From: a virus
Taxonomy: Duplodnaviria > Heunggongvirae > Uroviricota > Caudoviricetes
Length of the DNA stretch: 11,431 bases
Virus record (IMG/VR): IMGVR_UViG_2651869755_000021
Direction: 5' to 3' (one strand)
The notes beneath the pieces are model-generated. The model made no database searches, was not told where the DNA came from, and saw nothing but the letters and a program-made list of their open reading frames with translations. A program made the translations under genes and the position numbers. Below, piece after piece: positions 1-7,970 of the stretch. How positions within the stretch are numbered: position 1 is the stretch's first letter; each line of letters starts with the position of its first letter.

Positions 1-159
1 AACGCCATTCATGGCCATATCAATGATTTTCTGGTGCGTACCGGGTTGAGAAGCGGTGTAAGTGAACTGCAGTTGCCATGTTTTACGGCAGTGAGAGCAG
101 AGATAGCGCTGATGTCCGGCAGTGCTTTTGCCGTTACGCACCACCCCGTCAGTAGCTGA
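1..159 (+). CDS. Possible 3' end of an upstream ORF (partial, unknown function)
   Basis: Frame 1 is open from the window edge to a TGA at 157-159 (52 codons). No recognisable motifs. A competing minus-strand ORF (9-221) has a GTG start and no SD. Could equally be non-coding. Confidence 0.25.
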   Translation, partial: NAIHGHINDFLVRTGLRSGVSELQLPCFTAVRAEIALMSGSAFAVTHHPVSS

Positions 160-318
160 ACAGGAGGGACAGCTGATAGAAACAGAAGCCACTGGAGCAC
201 CTCAAAAACACCATCATACACTAAATCAGTAAGTTGGCAGCATCACCAAACCAGTCTAGAACTTAATAATCAACTTCTGGCACAACATAATGCGCTGCTT
301 GAACGTCTTATCCGCACA

Positions 319-1140
319 ATGGCATCAGGTATTGTTATGCATCCTGACACGATTTCACGAGTGCAGGAATGTCGGGATACAGCAACTGAAACTGAAAATA
401 TGTCAGCGGCAATGACACTGGATGATCTGGAGTTCAGCGACGTTATCGCACTGGCTGGTTTCTACCCGGTAGCCACCCCTATCACAGAAGATATGCTGCA
501 ACGTGCTGTTGCCTACCGTGATGCTGAAGGCGATAAACGAGTAGTTCAGATTGATGCTCTCGACAGCGCATTGCAGGGCGTCAAACGAGCCAGGGCGCTG
601 CTTAAACCTGCTCTCCTGGACCTGTCCCGTAACATCCTTAAGTTCTGGGACGACCTGCCAACCATCGGCGAGCGACGTGCTTTTGCCGAGCAGCTACTTG
701 ATGCACCTGCAGATGGGCGTGATGAAGTTAAGCCGAAAAAGGCCAGTAACAAAGATGGAGAACGCACGGGGCCGTTTTACGTCAAAAATGTATCCGGCAC
801 AGCAGCCAGTGAACTCCACACCTTACGCAAGTTGAACGAGATGCTTAAAAAAGGCCATATCGAGATCAACCGTGTTGAGTACCTTCAGCTGCAGGAAGAA
901 TTTGCACGCAGAGACGCAGCAAATTCCAGCCAGAATAATGACGCCAAAGATGACCATACAATTGATTTCGCGGCACTACGCAAACAAGCTGAAGGGTTGA
1001 TCCTCCAGTTAGCAAAAGGGGGCTACCGGGCAGAAGCTATTGCAATTCTGGAAAAACAGGGAGCCAGGAAACTTGGTGAAGTAACGGATGAAAATCTCGC
1101 TGAAGTAATCACCCTGGCTGAAAAAGCACTGGAGGGTTAA
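319..1140 (+). CDS. Hypothetical phage protein (273 aa), first gene of the replication operon in this window
   Basis: Long ATG-initiated ORF co-directional with the module; its stop (1138-1140) sits 2 nt before the next start, with GAGGG just upstream of that start. No SD before ATG 319; ATG 337 has a weak AGGT 8 nt upstream and is an alternative start. No family recognised. Confidence 0.65.
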   Translation: MASGIVMHPDTISRVQECRDTATETENMSAAMTLDDLEFSDVIALAGFYPVATPITEDMLQRAVAYRDAEGDKRVVQIDALDSALQGVKRARALLKPALLDLSRNILKFWDDLPTIGERRAFAEQLLDAPADGRDEVKPKKASNKDGERTGPFYVKNVSGTAASELHTLRKLNEMLKKGHIEINRVEYLQLQEEFARRDAANSSQNNDAKDDHTIDFAALRKQAEGLILQLAKGGYRAEAIAILEKQGARKLGEVTDENLAEVITLAEKALEG

Positions 1141-1142
1141 TC

Positions 1143-2444
1143 ATGCCAGACGTTCACGCACAACTTTCTCCATCATCAGCGCATCGATGGATGCGCTGCC
1201 CAGGAAGTCTGGCGCTGGAGGCCACACAACCGGATAAAGAAACAACTTTTGCAATCGAGGGCACTGCAGCGCACGCGCTTGCTGAAAAAGTTCTACGAAA
1301 CAGGCAAAGCCACCCGGAACACTACGCCGGATGCAATGTTTCTATGTTTCTCGGCTCATACCCCCTTCGCGAAAATCCTGATGATAAATCTGGCCCACAG
1401 GTGGATGATGAAATGGTCGAAGCCGTCGGCCGGTATGTTGATACGGTCTGGACTCTTGCAAAGAATAATGAACTATTGGTTGAACAACGTGTTGATTTCT
1501 CACATATAACGGGTGTGGAAGAATCTTTCGGAACTGCCGACGGCATAATCATCGCTGGTAACGAATTACAAATCCACGACCTGAAATATGGCAAAGGCGT
1601 CCGCATTGATGCAGAACAAAATGAGCAACTACAACTGTATGCTCTGGGTGCGCTTGAACAATTCAGCATGCTGTATGACTTTGAAACTGTAAGATTATTT
1701 ATTCACCAACCAAGGCTCAACCACGTTTCAGAATGGTCGTTAACCGTACAGGAACTTCAGTCTTTCGGTGAACGGGCGCTGGAGGCCGCAACCAGTGCGA
1801 TCCTTGTTCTCAATATTGCTGAATGCGAAGGCATTGAGACACTACCGCTGGAAAACTTCATACCTGGAGAAAAACAGTGCCGCTTCTGTAAAGCAAAAGC
1901 TATTTGCACTGCCCAGAAAATGCAGCATTTACAAACAGCGGCCAGCGATTTTGAAGATCTGACAAAGCCTGTCAGCGAAATAATCACCAATGCCAGCGCA
2001 CGTGTACCTCTGTTAACCATTGAGCAGCTTGCAGAGATCTATAGCCAGGCCGACTTTATTGAATCCTGGCTAAAGGCAGTACGGGACCGGGTTCACAATG
2101 AACTCAATGCCGGACATCCGGTACCGGGGTTTAAACTGGTAACAGGAAAACAAGGTAACCGGGCCTGGAGTGACGAAGAGGCAGCTCGCGCACTTCTGAA
2201 GGACCAGTTCAGGTACAAAACTGAAGAAGTATTCGACTTTAAACTTATTAGTCCCACAAAAGCCGAAAAACTTATCAAAAAGGCCAGTCCGCGCCGTTGG
2301 TCAAAAGTCGAGGCACTGATAACACGAGCTGATGGTAAACCCACCGTCGTTCCCGAGTCAGACCCACGCCCCGCACTCAATATCAACCCTGTAAATGATT
2401 TCGACGACGTATCCGACGATACGCTAACCGCAGACCTCATCTGA
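1143..2444 (+). CDS. PD-(D/E)XK nuclease, DUF2800 / Cas4-like phage exonuclease with Fe-S cysteine cluster
   Basis: N-terminal '[15 protein letters not shown]' signature; 'IHDLKYGKG' (D-x-K) and 'QLQLYALGA' (QxxxY) RecB-type nuclease motifs; one N-terminal Cys plus C-terminal '[10 protein letters not shown]' (CX2CX5C) as in Cas4/AddB. ATG 1143 preceded by GAGGG. Confidence 0.85.
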   Translation: MPDVHAQLSPSSAHRWMRCPGSLALEATQPDKETTFAIEGTAAHALAEKVLRNRQSHPEHYAGCNVSMFLGSYPLRENPDDKSGPQVDDEMVEAVGRYVDTVWTLAKNNELLVEQRVDFSHITGVEESFGTADGIIIAGNELQIHDLKYGKGVRIDAEQNEQLQLYALGALEQFSMLYDFETVRLFIHQPRLNHVSEWSLTVQELQSFGERALEAATSAILVLNIAECEGIETLPLENFIPGEKQCRFCKAKAICTAQKMQHLQTAASDFEDLTKPVSEIITNASARVPLLTIEQLAEIYSQADFIESWLKAVRDRVHNELNAGHPVPGFKLVTGKQGNRAWSDEEAARALLKDQFRYKTEEVFDFKLISPTKAEKLIKKASPRRWSKVEALITRADGKPTVVPESDPRPALNINPVNDFDDVSDDTLTADLI

Positions 2445-2459
2445 TTTAAGGAAATCCCC

Positions 2460-3008
2460 ATGAAACTGAAGCTGAACAATGTTCGTCTGGCCTTCCCGTC
2501 TCTGTTTGAAGCTAAAACTGTAAACGGCGAAGGCGATCCGCGTTTCTCCGCAGTATTTTTAATGTCTCCCAAACACCCACAACTGGAAGAAATCCGTAAA
2601 GCTATGAAGCAGGTAGCGAAGGAAAAATGGGGGGAGAAGTGGGAGTCCATTTATAACCAGCTGGAGAAAAAACTCAATCTGTGCCTGCATGATGGTGATG
2701 AAAAAGCAGAGTATGAAGGCTTTCCCGGCAATTTCTTCCTGAACGCTGCTAACAAAGCGCGCCCAGCTGTTCTTGATCGCGATCGTTCGCCACTAATTCA
2801 GGCTGATGGACGTCCCTATGCAGGGTGCTATGTAAACGCCGTTATCGATATCTGGGCACAGGACAATAATTTCGGTAAACGCATTAATGCCTCACTCGGC
2901 GGAGTCCAGTTCCTGCGAGACGGCGATGCATTTGCTGGCGGCGGAGTGGCAAGCGCTGACGATTTCGACGATATCAGCGAAGGTGCTGATGCTGAAGCAC
3001 TAATTTAA
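2460..3008 (+). CDS. Phage SSB-like ssDNA-binding protein (DUF2815-like) with acidic C-terminal tail
   Basis: 182 aa; AAGGA SD 8 nt before ATG 2460; N-terminus 'MKLKLNNVRLAFPSLFE' and acidic tail '...DDFDDISEGADAEALI' resemble the DUF2815/SSB family; sits between nuclease and polymerase as in known phage replication modules. Confidence 0.8.
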   Translation: MKLKLNNVRLAFPSLFEAKTVNGEGDPRFSAVFLMSPKHPQLEEIRKAMKQVAKEKWGEKWESIYNQLEKKLNLCLHDGDEKAEYEGFPGNFFLNAANKARPAVLDRDRSPLIQADGRPYAGCYVNAVIDIWAQDNNFGKRINASLGGVQFLRDGDAFAGGGVASADDFDDISEGADAEALI

Positions 3009-3019
3009 AAATATTCATC

Positions 3020-3038
3020 CCCCAGCTACGTGCTGGGG
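3020..3038 (+). promoter_or_regulatory. Perfect 7-bp stem / 5-nt loop hairpin (CCCCAGC-tacgt-GCTGGGG) just after the SSB-like gene stop
   Basis: Exact inverted repeat 3020-3026 / 3032-3038. No downstream U-run, so not a classical intrinsic terminator; possibly an RNA processing, stability or translational-control element overlapping the candidate starts at 3030 and 3045. Confidence 0.35.
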
Positions 3039-3059
3039 TATCTCATGAGGGAAAGAATA

Positions 3060-3707
3060 ATGTCACAGCCCGTATTAACTAATCACCTTAAAACTCAAAT
3101 CATCAATAACGCACTTGAGAAAGCGGGTATCCCCAAACGTAAATCAGCACTACGAGCTGCTCGTGTTGAATGGGCCGAACGTGTTCGGCTTGCAGCTATC
3201 GGGGGCGTAGAGAAAGAAGCTGAAATATTAAAAATATTAAAAATTATAAAAAAAATAGAAACACTGGTATCAAAATTACCCGAAGCATTAAAAACCGCCA
3301 ATAATATTATCAGGAAAGAGTGTTACATGTGTCTGAATCTGGCAGGTTCTCGGGTTACCGTCTATTTCAACGGTAACTATCGAGGATATGAATCAGGGTC
3401 ACCAGACCATATTCACAAAATCGCGCCGGGGGAATTTACCCTTCTGGCAAATGACCCTCTAGTTACAGAGTTTTACGGGTTTGATGCACTTTATGAGCAG
3501 ATACAGAGCGATGAGTCAGACATTCGACAGAATGTCAGCGCTGCACTCAGTAAAGTGCGCACAGTTAAGCGCCTGCTGGAAGAGTGGCCTGAAGCTAAAG
3601 AACTTCTGCCAGCCGATGCACCATCTGCTCCGCTTCCGCCAGCTATACGACGCGAAACTCTCAACGAAATGATCGGCCTCCCTTCTGACGAAGGGGTAGA
3701 TGCTTAA
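3060..3707 (+). CDS. Hypothetical protein with AT-rich Ile/Lys-rich repeat segment
   Basis: ORF is open from GTG 3030; in-frame ATGs at 3045 and 3060. ATG 3060 has GAGGG 8 nt upstream (preferred); 3030 and 3045 lie in or beside a hairpin. No recognised domain. Contains a 9-nt tandem repeat and an internal SD plus in-frame ATG at 3327. Confidence 0.6.
   Translation: MSQPVLTNHLKTQIINNALEKAGIPKRKSALRAARVEWAERVRLAAIGGVEKEAEILKILKIIKKIETLVSKLPEALKTANNIIRKECYMCLNLAGSRVTVYFNGNYRGYESGSPDHIHKIAPGEFTLLANDPLVTEFYGFDALYEQIQSDESDIRQNVSAALSKVRTVKRLLEEWPEAKELLPADAPSAPLPPAIRRETLNEMIGLPSDEGVDA
3225..3251 (+). repeat. Intragenic tandem 9-nt repeat (ATATTAAAA x2, then ATTATAAAA) followed by an A8 tract at 3248-3255
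   Basis: Read directly: atattaaaa/atattaaaa/attataaaa encoding ILK-ILK-IIK; strongly AT-rich compared with the rest of the gene. Confidence 0.8.
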
Positions 3708-3774
3708 TATTTCTTATAACAAAGGCTGGCTTAAGAAAATAGTTATCCAAACCAGCCTACCGCAATACTAAAAA

Positions 3775-4044
3775 TTAAAATTCATTGAATTTAAAAAGAC
3801 ATTTCCCTATTGGATTGCCATAGTCTCTACATGCCGAAATGCTGTCCCATACAGGCTGAGCCAAACACCCAAGAAAGAACCCAATAAGCGCAAAAATTAT
3901 AATTTTGGGAAGAACACGATCCTTAGGACCTTCTTCACGTTCGAGCCATGCGCCACCAGCCCGAACTATTCTCCCTAAAATATAAAGAATGGGGAAAGCA
4001 ATAATACCTATCAATGAAAGTATTCCGATACCAAAGCTAAACAC
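3775..4044 (-). CDS. Small membrane protein (89 aa, two predicted TM helices), opposite-strand accessory gene
   Basis: GTG start at 4044 preceded on the minus strand by AAGGAG with a 6-nt spacer. Hydrophobic stretches 'FSFGIGILSLIGIIAFPILYILG' and 'IIIFALIGFFLGCLAQPVW'. Lies in an AT-rich island between plus-strand genes. Confidence 0.6.
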   Translation of the reverse strand: MFSFGIGILSLIGIIAFPILYILGRIVRAGGAWLEREEGPKDRVLPKIIIFALIGFFLGCLAQPVWDSISACRDYGNPIGKCLFKFNEF

Positions 4045-4100
4045 CGCCGTCTCCTTGTTTATTTACACCTACATAACCATATATCACACAAGGTTATTTT

Positions 4101-6164
4101 ATGTCCAATATACTATGGGGTGACCTAGAAACCTATTGCGAAATCCCTATTACGAACGGTACCCATGCGTATGCCGAAGGCGTTGAAGTGATGCTGTTCG
4201 CATGGGCTATCAACGACGGGCCCATAAACGTGTGGGATATCACTGCCGGTGGTGGTATTCCACACGGCTTATACGAAGCAATCGCAGACCCTGAAACCCA
4301 GCTTTATTTCCATAACTCTCACTTCGACCGCACCGTCCTGCGTTATGCAATGCCGCGCCTGGCACCGCCAGTCGAACGTTGGCGCGACACAATGGTGCAG
4401 GCGCTGGCGCACGGTCTCCCGGGGTCTCTGGGGGAACTCTGCGAAGTACTAGGCGTCCCGCAAGACAAAGCGAAGGACAAAGAAGGTAAAGCGCTGATCC
4501 AGCTGTTCTGTAAGCCACGCCCGAAAAACAGCAAACTGCGCCGGGCCACCAGCAAAACTCACCCGGAAGAATGGCGGCGCTTTGTTGCTTACGCCGGACT
4601 GGATATCGAGGCAATGCGCGAAGTCTATAAACGTCTGCCGAAGTGGAATTATCAGGGGACAGAACTGGCGCTCTGGCATCGTGATCAGCAGATCAACGAC
4701 CGGGGCGTCTGCATGGACGTGGAACTCGCACGCGCTGCGATCGACGCGGTAGACCAGGAACAAAAGCGCCTGGCAAAGCGTACACAGGAAATGACTGATG
4801 GCGAAGTGCAGGCAGCCACACAACGAGACGCGTTGATTAAGCACATTGTTGAATCCTACGGTGTGGAGCTACCAGACATGCAACGCAGTACTCTGGAACG
4901 TCGTATTGCCGACCCCGATTTACCATCTGCCGTGAAAGAACTGCTGGCTATCCGCCTGCAGGCCAGTACTACCAGCACCAGTAAATACAAGGCACTGATG
5001 AAAGGCGTAAGCCACGACGGGCGCTTACGCGGTACGCTACAGTTCTGCGGGGCGTCACGTACCGGTCGTTGGGCCGGACGGCTATTCCAGCCCCAGAACC
5101 TTCCCCGCCCTTCACTAAAACAGGAACAAATAGACGAAGGCATCGAAGCACTGAAAGCCGGATGTGCAGACCTGCTGTTTGACAATATCATGGAACTAAC
5201 CAGTTCAGCGTTACGTGGCTGCATTATCGCGCCAACAGGCAAAAAGCTGGTGGTAAGTGACTTGTCGAACATTGAAGGCCGTATGCTGGCATGGCTGGCG
5301 GGAGAAGAATGGAAACTGAATGCATTCAGAGAGTACGACGCCGGAACGGGTCCGGACTTATATAAACTGGCGTATGCAAAAGCTTTCGATATTGCACCAG
5401 ATGATGTTGATAAACACATGCGTCAGATCGGTAAAGTCATGGAGCTCGGTCTGGGTTATGGTGGTGGTGTATCGGCTTTCATCACTTTTGCGCTGGTTTA
5501 CGGTCTCGATCTCGACGAGCTGGCGAACGCCGCACTGCCAAACATTCCCCGCGATGTTATCCGCGAGGCGAAAAGCTGGTACGACGAATCGGTTAAACGC
5601 AAGTCAACCTACGGGCTTTCTGAACGGGTATTTATCGCCTGCGACTCACTTAAACGTCTCTGGCGCAGGGCGCACCCGGCGACCTGCGATTTCTGGTACG
5701 AACTGGAGCGCACCGTCCGCACTGCAATCGCCACACCGCAAAAAACATTGTATTGCGGTTATCTTAAAATCCGCCGCGATGGCGCGTGGCTGCGCATACA
5801 GCTACCATCCGGACGCGCTGTATGCTACCCGTCTCCGGTTATCGAACAAGGGAATATCACCTACATGGGTGTTAACTCTTATTCGCGTAAATGGCAACGA
5901 CTCAAAACCTACGGCGGAAAGCTGGTGGAGAACGTCACCCAGGCGGCCGCCCGCGACGTTCTGGCCGGAAACATACCGCTTATCGAAGATGCCGGTTACA
6001 GCATTGTGCTGACGGTACACGACGAGGTGATCACCGAATCACCTGACACAGAAGATTTCAACGATAAAGCGCTTTCCGCGCTTCTCTCCACTAACCCCGA
6101 ATGGGCGCCCGATATCCCACTGAACGCTGGCGGTTTTGAGGCGTACCACTACCGTAAGGATTAA
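4101..6164 (+). CDS. Family A DNA polymerase (PolA-like) with 3'-5' exonuclease domain
   Basis: Exo I 'GDLET', Exo II '[10 protein letters not shown]', Exo III '[13 protein letters not shown]'; pol motif A '[15 protein letters not shown]', motif B '[16 protein letters not shown]', motif C 'VHDEVITE'. ATG 4101 with AAGG 8 nt upstream. Confidence 0.9.
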   Translation: MSNILWGDLETYCEIPITNGTHAYAEGVEVMLFAWAINDGPINVWDITAGGGIPHGLYEAIADPETQLYFHNSHFDRTVLRYAMPRLAPPVERWRDTMVQALAHGLPGSLGELCEVLGVPQDKAKDKEGKALIQLFCKPRPKNSKLRRATSKTHPEEWRRFVAYAGLDIEAMREVYKRLPKWNYQGTELALWHRDQQINDRGVCMDVELARAAIDAVDQEQKRLAKRTQEMTDGEVQAATQRDALIKHIVESYGVELPDMQRSTLERRIADPDLPSAVKELLAIRLQASTTSTSKYKALMKGVSHDGRLRGTLQFCGASRTGRWAGRLFQPQNLPRPSLKQEQIDEGIEALKAGCADLLFDNIMELTSSALRGCIIAPTGKKLVVSDLSNIEGRMLAWLAGEEWKLNAFREYDAGTGPDLYKLAYAKAFDIAPDDVDKHMRQIGKVMELGLGYGGGVSAFITFALVYGLDLDELANAALPNIPRDVIREAKSWYDESVKRKSTYGLSERVFIACDSLKRLWRRAHPATCDFWYELERTVRTAIATPQKTLYCGYLKIRRDGAWLRIQLPSGRAVCYPSPVIEQGNITYMGVNSYSRKWQRLKTYGGKLVENVTQAAARDVLAGNIPLIEDAGYSIVLTVHDEVITESPDTEDFNDKALSALLSTNPEWAPDIPLNAGGFEAYHYRKD

Positions 6165-6169
6165 CTCCT

Positions 6170-6385
6170 ATGTCATTTAAATACCGGGATAATCCACTTT
6201 ATTACAGGGCTGCAAGGGAGGCTTTGCGACTTGAACAATCCGGCGAATATGACCGGGCAGCGAAGGTCTGGGCAAAAGCCAACCGCGAATCACATCACGA
6301 ACTGAATCAGGAATGGAGTGAACGCAGATCTGATTTTTGCCTGATGCAGAATATGCGTGAAAAGCGTAAGGCGGTCGAAGAATGA
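6170..6385 (+). CDS. Small hypothetical protein (71 aa)
   Basis: ATG 6170 six nt after the polymerase stop, AAGGA upstream; its stop overlaps the next start (ATGA at 6382-6385), suggesting translational coupling. No family recognised. Confidence 0.5.
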   Translation: MSFKYRDNPLYYRAAREALRLEQSGEYDRAAKVWAKANRESHHELNQEWSERRSDFCLMQNMREKRKAVEE

Positions 6386-6681
6386 TCGTTTACGTTGCCG
6401 GGCCGATGAGCGGTTACGAGCAATTTAACCGCCCGGCCTTTCATTCCGCAGCAAAGAGGCTAACGGACAAGGGATATGTTGTGCTTAACCCCGCAACTTT
6501 ACCCGATGGTTTGACACAGGCTCAGTACATGGACATCTGCCTCGCAATGCTTCGCTGTGCCGATACGATTTATATGCTCAAAGAGTGGGAGTACTCTGCC
6601 GGCGCACGTGCAGAAAACGCGTTGGCAGAGAAACTGGAATTGAATGTGCTTTTTGAAGAGTGGGATTCAGATGGCCTATGA
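6382..6681 (+). CDS. DUF4406 family protein (nucleoside 2-deoxyribosyltransferase-like fold)
   Basis: 99 aa; 'MIVYVAGPMSG...FN.PAF..AA..L...G..V.NPA...IYML..WE.S.GA..E...A..L' matches the DUF4406 pattern as I recall it; overlapping start/stop with the upstream gene. Confidence 0.7.
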   Translation: MIVYVAGPMSGYEQFNRPAFHSAAKRLTDKGYVVLNPATLPDGLTQAQYMDICLAMLRCADTIYMLKEWEYSAGARAENALAEKLELNVLFEEWDSDGL

Positions 6682-6952
6682 ACGTGAAAACCTAATCGAG
6701 AAGCATCTCGTCGCCGAAGTGAAAAAGGCTGGTGGGGTCGCCTTTAAGTTCATATCACCTGGTCGCCGCTCGGTACCAGATCGCATTGTTCTGCTACCCG
6801 GCGGCCGTCTCGTTTTCGTTGAATGTAAATCTCCCGGCAAGCCACCACGGCCTGACCAGTTGCGCGAGCATGAACGTCTGCGAAAGCTGGGCTTTACCGT
6901 GGTGGTGCTGGATAGCAAAGAGCTTACTGAAGTATTACCGCGAGCTCCCTAA
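6671..6952 (+). CDS. VRR-NUC domain nuclease (PD-(D/E)XK fold)
   Basis: 'VPDRIVLLPGGRLVFVECKSPGKPPRPDQLREHERL..GFTVVVLDS' carries the VRR-NUC D...E-x-K and Q signature. Start ambiguous: ATG 6671 (11-nt overlap with upstream gene, GGGA 5 nt upstream) or ATG 6644 (38-nt overlap). Confidence 0.75.
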   Translation: MAYERENLIEKHLVAEVKKAGGVAFKFISPGRRSVPDRIVLLPGGRLVFVECKSPGKPPRPDQLREHERLRKLGFTVVVLDSKELTEVLPRAP

Positions 6953-7867
6953 CTGAGTTTTTCGAAAGTTATCAGCGATTCTTGCTGCCTCAGAGCGCCC
7001 ACCAGGCAATAAACCAGCTTTACCAAGAATGTAATTTGGGAATTTAGTAGGTAGGTACTCATGACGGAACCAACGACGAAATTCTGGTAAAGCGTCATTG
7101 GGGTATGCCTGAATCATCTGTGGGTTCGAAGCTGCTTGGTTAAAATCATCCGGATAATGGTGCGCACACTTTACACGTTCTCCAAATTTTTCAGACAACC
7201 CTCTAGCGCTCCAATGTTTCGCCCAGCAGGAACCTACACTGATATCAGGTACCGTATACATATTAACTACGAGACCCGCGGTAATCAAATCAACCATCAA
7301 ACCTGCAATTTCATTAAAAACAATAAAATACCCATCCGGTACAGCTCCCGTACTTTGAATAAGAGAGACCCGGTCATGATAGTGGCGCCATGGATCTTCT
7401 GGCTGGTAATGTAACGCACCATAAATATAATCGCGGAGACCAACACGTGCTAGTTCACGATAGTATTGCTGAGCGGTCGCATTCGACGCTGTTTGTGATT
7501 CAAATGCGTAAAACTCCAGCAGTGCCATACAGACAATATCTGGAAACGCATAATGGACAGACCCATTACGCATAATCGGTATAAATAGTACTGGTTCACG
7601 GTAACCAGCCTGCTGCAGATAGGTACTTATAAACTCCATTCGCCCACGGGTGAATACGCCACTTGCAAAACATTGTGCGTATTCCGTTGCAATATCTGCA
7701 ATATTTGTTCGATTTACACCGCAAATTCTCGCCAAACCATTCTGAGTAAGGTACGGAATTCCGTTCTCCAAAACGCCCATTTCGATATCATTAAAAACCC
7801 CTTCCTGCTTGACACCAAGATCTAAGACCGCGCGGGGTGTGGGCTGAGGCTGACTCTGTGCATTCAT
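6935..7867 (-). CDS. Hypothetical protein (310 aa), opposite-strand accessory gene inside the replication module
   Basis: ATG at 7867 with AGGAA about 9 nt upstream on the minus strand; no comparable plus-strand ORF across the 918 bp beyond the VRR-NUC stop (6953-7870); visibly lower GC than its neighbours; 3' end overlaps the VRR-NUC 3' end by 18 nt (convergent). N-terminal segment 'IPYLTQNGLARICGVNRTNIADIA' may be a DNA-binding (HTH-like) region; no catalytic motif recognised. Confidence 0.7.
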   Translation of the reverse strand: MNAQSQPQPTPRAVLDLGVKQEGVFNDIEMGVLENGIPYLTQNGLARICGVNRTNIADIATEYAQCFASGVFTRGRMEFISTYLQQAGYREPVLFIPIMRNGSVHYAFPDIVCMALLEFYAFESQTASNATAQQYYRELARVGLRDYIYGALHYQPEDPWRHYHDRVSLIQSTGAVPDGYFIVFNEIAGLMVDLITAGLVVNMYTVPDISVGSCWAKHWSARGLSEKFGERVKCAHHYPDDFNQAASNPQMIQAYPNDALPEFRRWFRHEYLPTKFPNYILGKAGLLPGGRSEAARIADNFRKTQLGSSR

Positions 7868-7970
7868 CTTATTGATTTCCTTATTTTTATACCCTGAGAG
7901 CTACGTATTAGGACGTAATCTTAATCCCCCTGTTTATACGCCAACTTGCAATTTTTTGCGAGGTACTACT
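7868..7970. promoter_or_regulatory. Divergent intergenic control region between the 310-aa minus-strand gene and the SNF2 helicase gene
   Basis: About 100 bp AT-rich spacer holding the SDs of both divergent genes. Promoter elements are presumed, not individually resolved. Confidence 0.35.

Noticed and set aside
9-221. 70-aa minus-strand ORF at the window start (possible divergent repressor)
   Set aside because: GTG start with no SD and no HTH-like signature; the plus-strand frame is an equally weak alternative. Left as very low confidence rather than called.
277-295. Sigma-54-like TGGCAC...GC element upstream of the first gene
   Set aside because: TGGCAC is present, but the spacing to the downstream GC dinucleotide is off by one and the -12 TTGC is degenerate; sigma-54 promoters are spacing-strict.
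2093-2650. 185-aa minus-strand ORF spanning the nuclease/SSB-like junction
   Set aside because: Antisense to two motif-supported plus-strand genes; Ser-rich low-complexity translation; no RBS.
3723-3758. Bidirectional intrinsic terminator between the convergent 225-aa gene and the small membrane gene
   Set aside because: The inverted repeat (AGGCTGG / CCAGCCT) is only 7 bp with a 22-nt loop and no flanking U-run; too weak to call a terminator.
4856-5419. 187-aa minus-strand ORF (and the 4449-4844 minus and 5320-6012 plus ORFs) inside the polymerase gene
   Set aside because: Entirely nested within the motif-supported PolA reading frame; low-complexity Ser/Ala/Arg-rich translations typical of spurious ORFs in GC-rich coding DNA; no SD.
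7136-7575. Plus-strand ORFs of 92 and 61 aa inside the 310-aa minus-strand gene
   Set aside because: Short, nested antisense within a longer ORF that has a proper start and SD.
6935-7867. The 310-aa protein as a DNA methyltransferase or nuclease
   Set aside because: No DPPY/NPPY or FxGxG methyltransferase motifs, no PD-(D/E)XK, HNH or Walker motifs seen by eye; kept as unknown.
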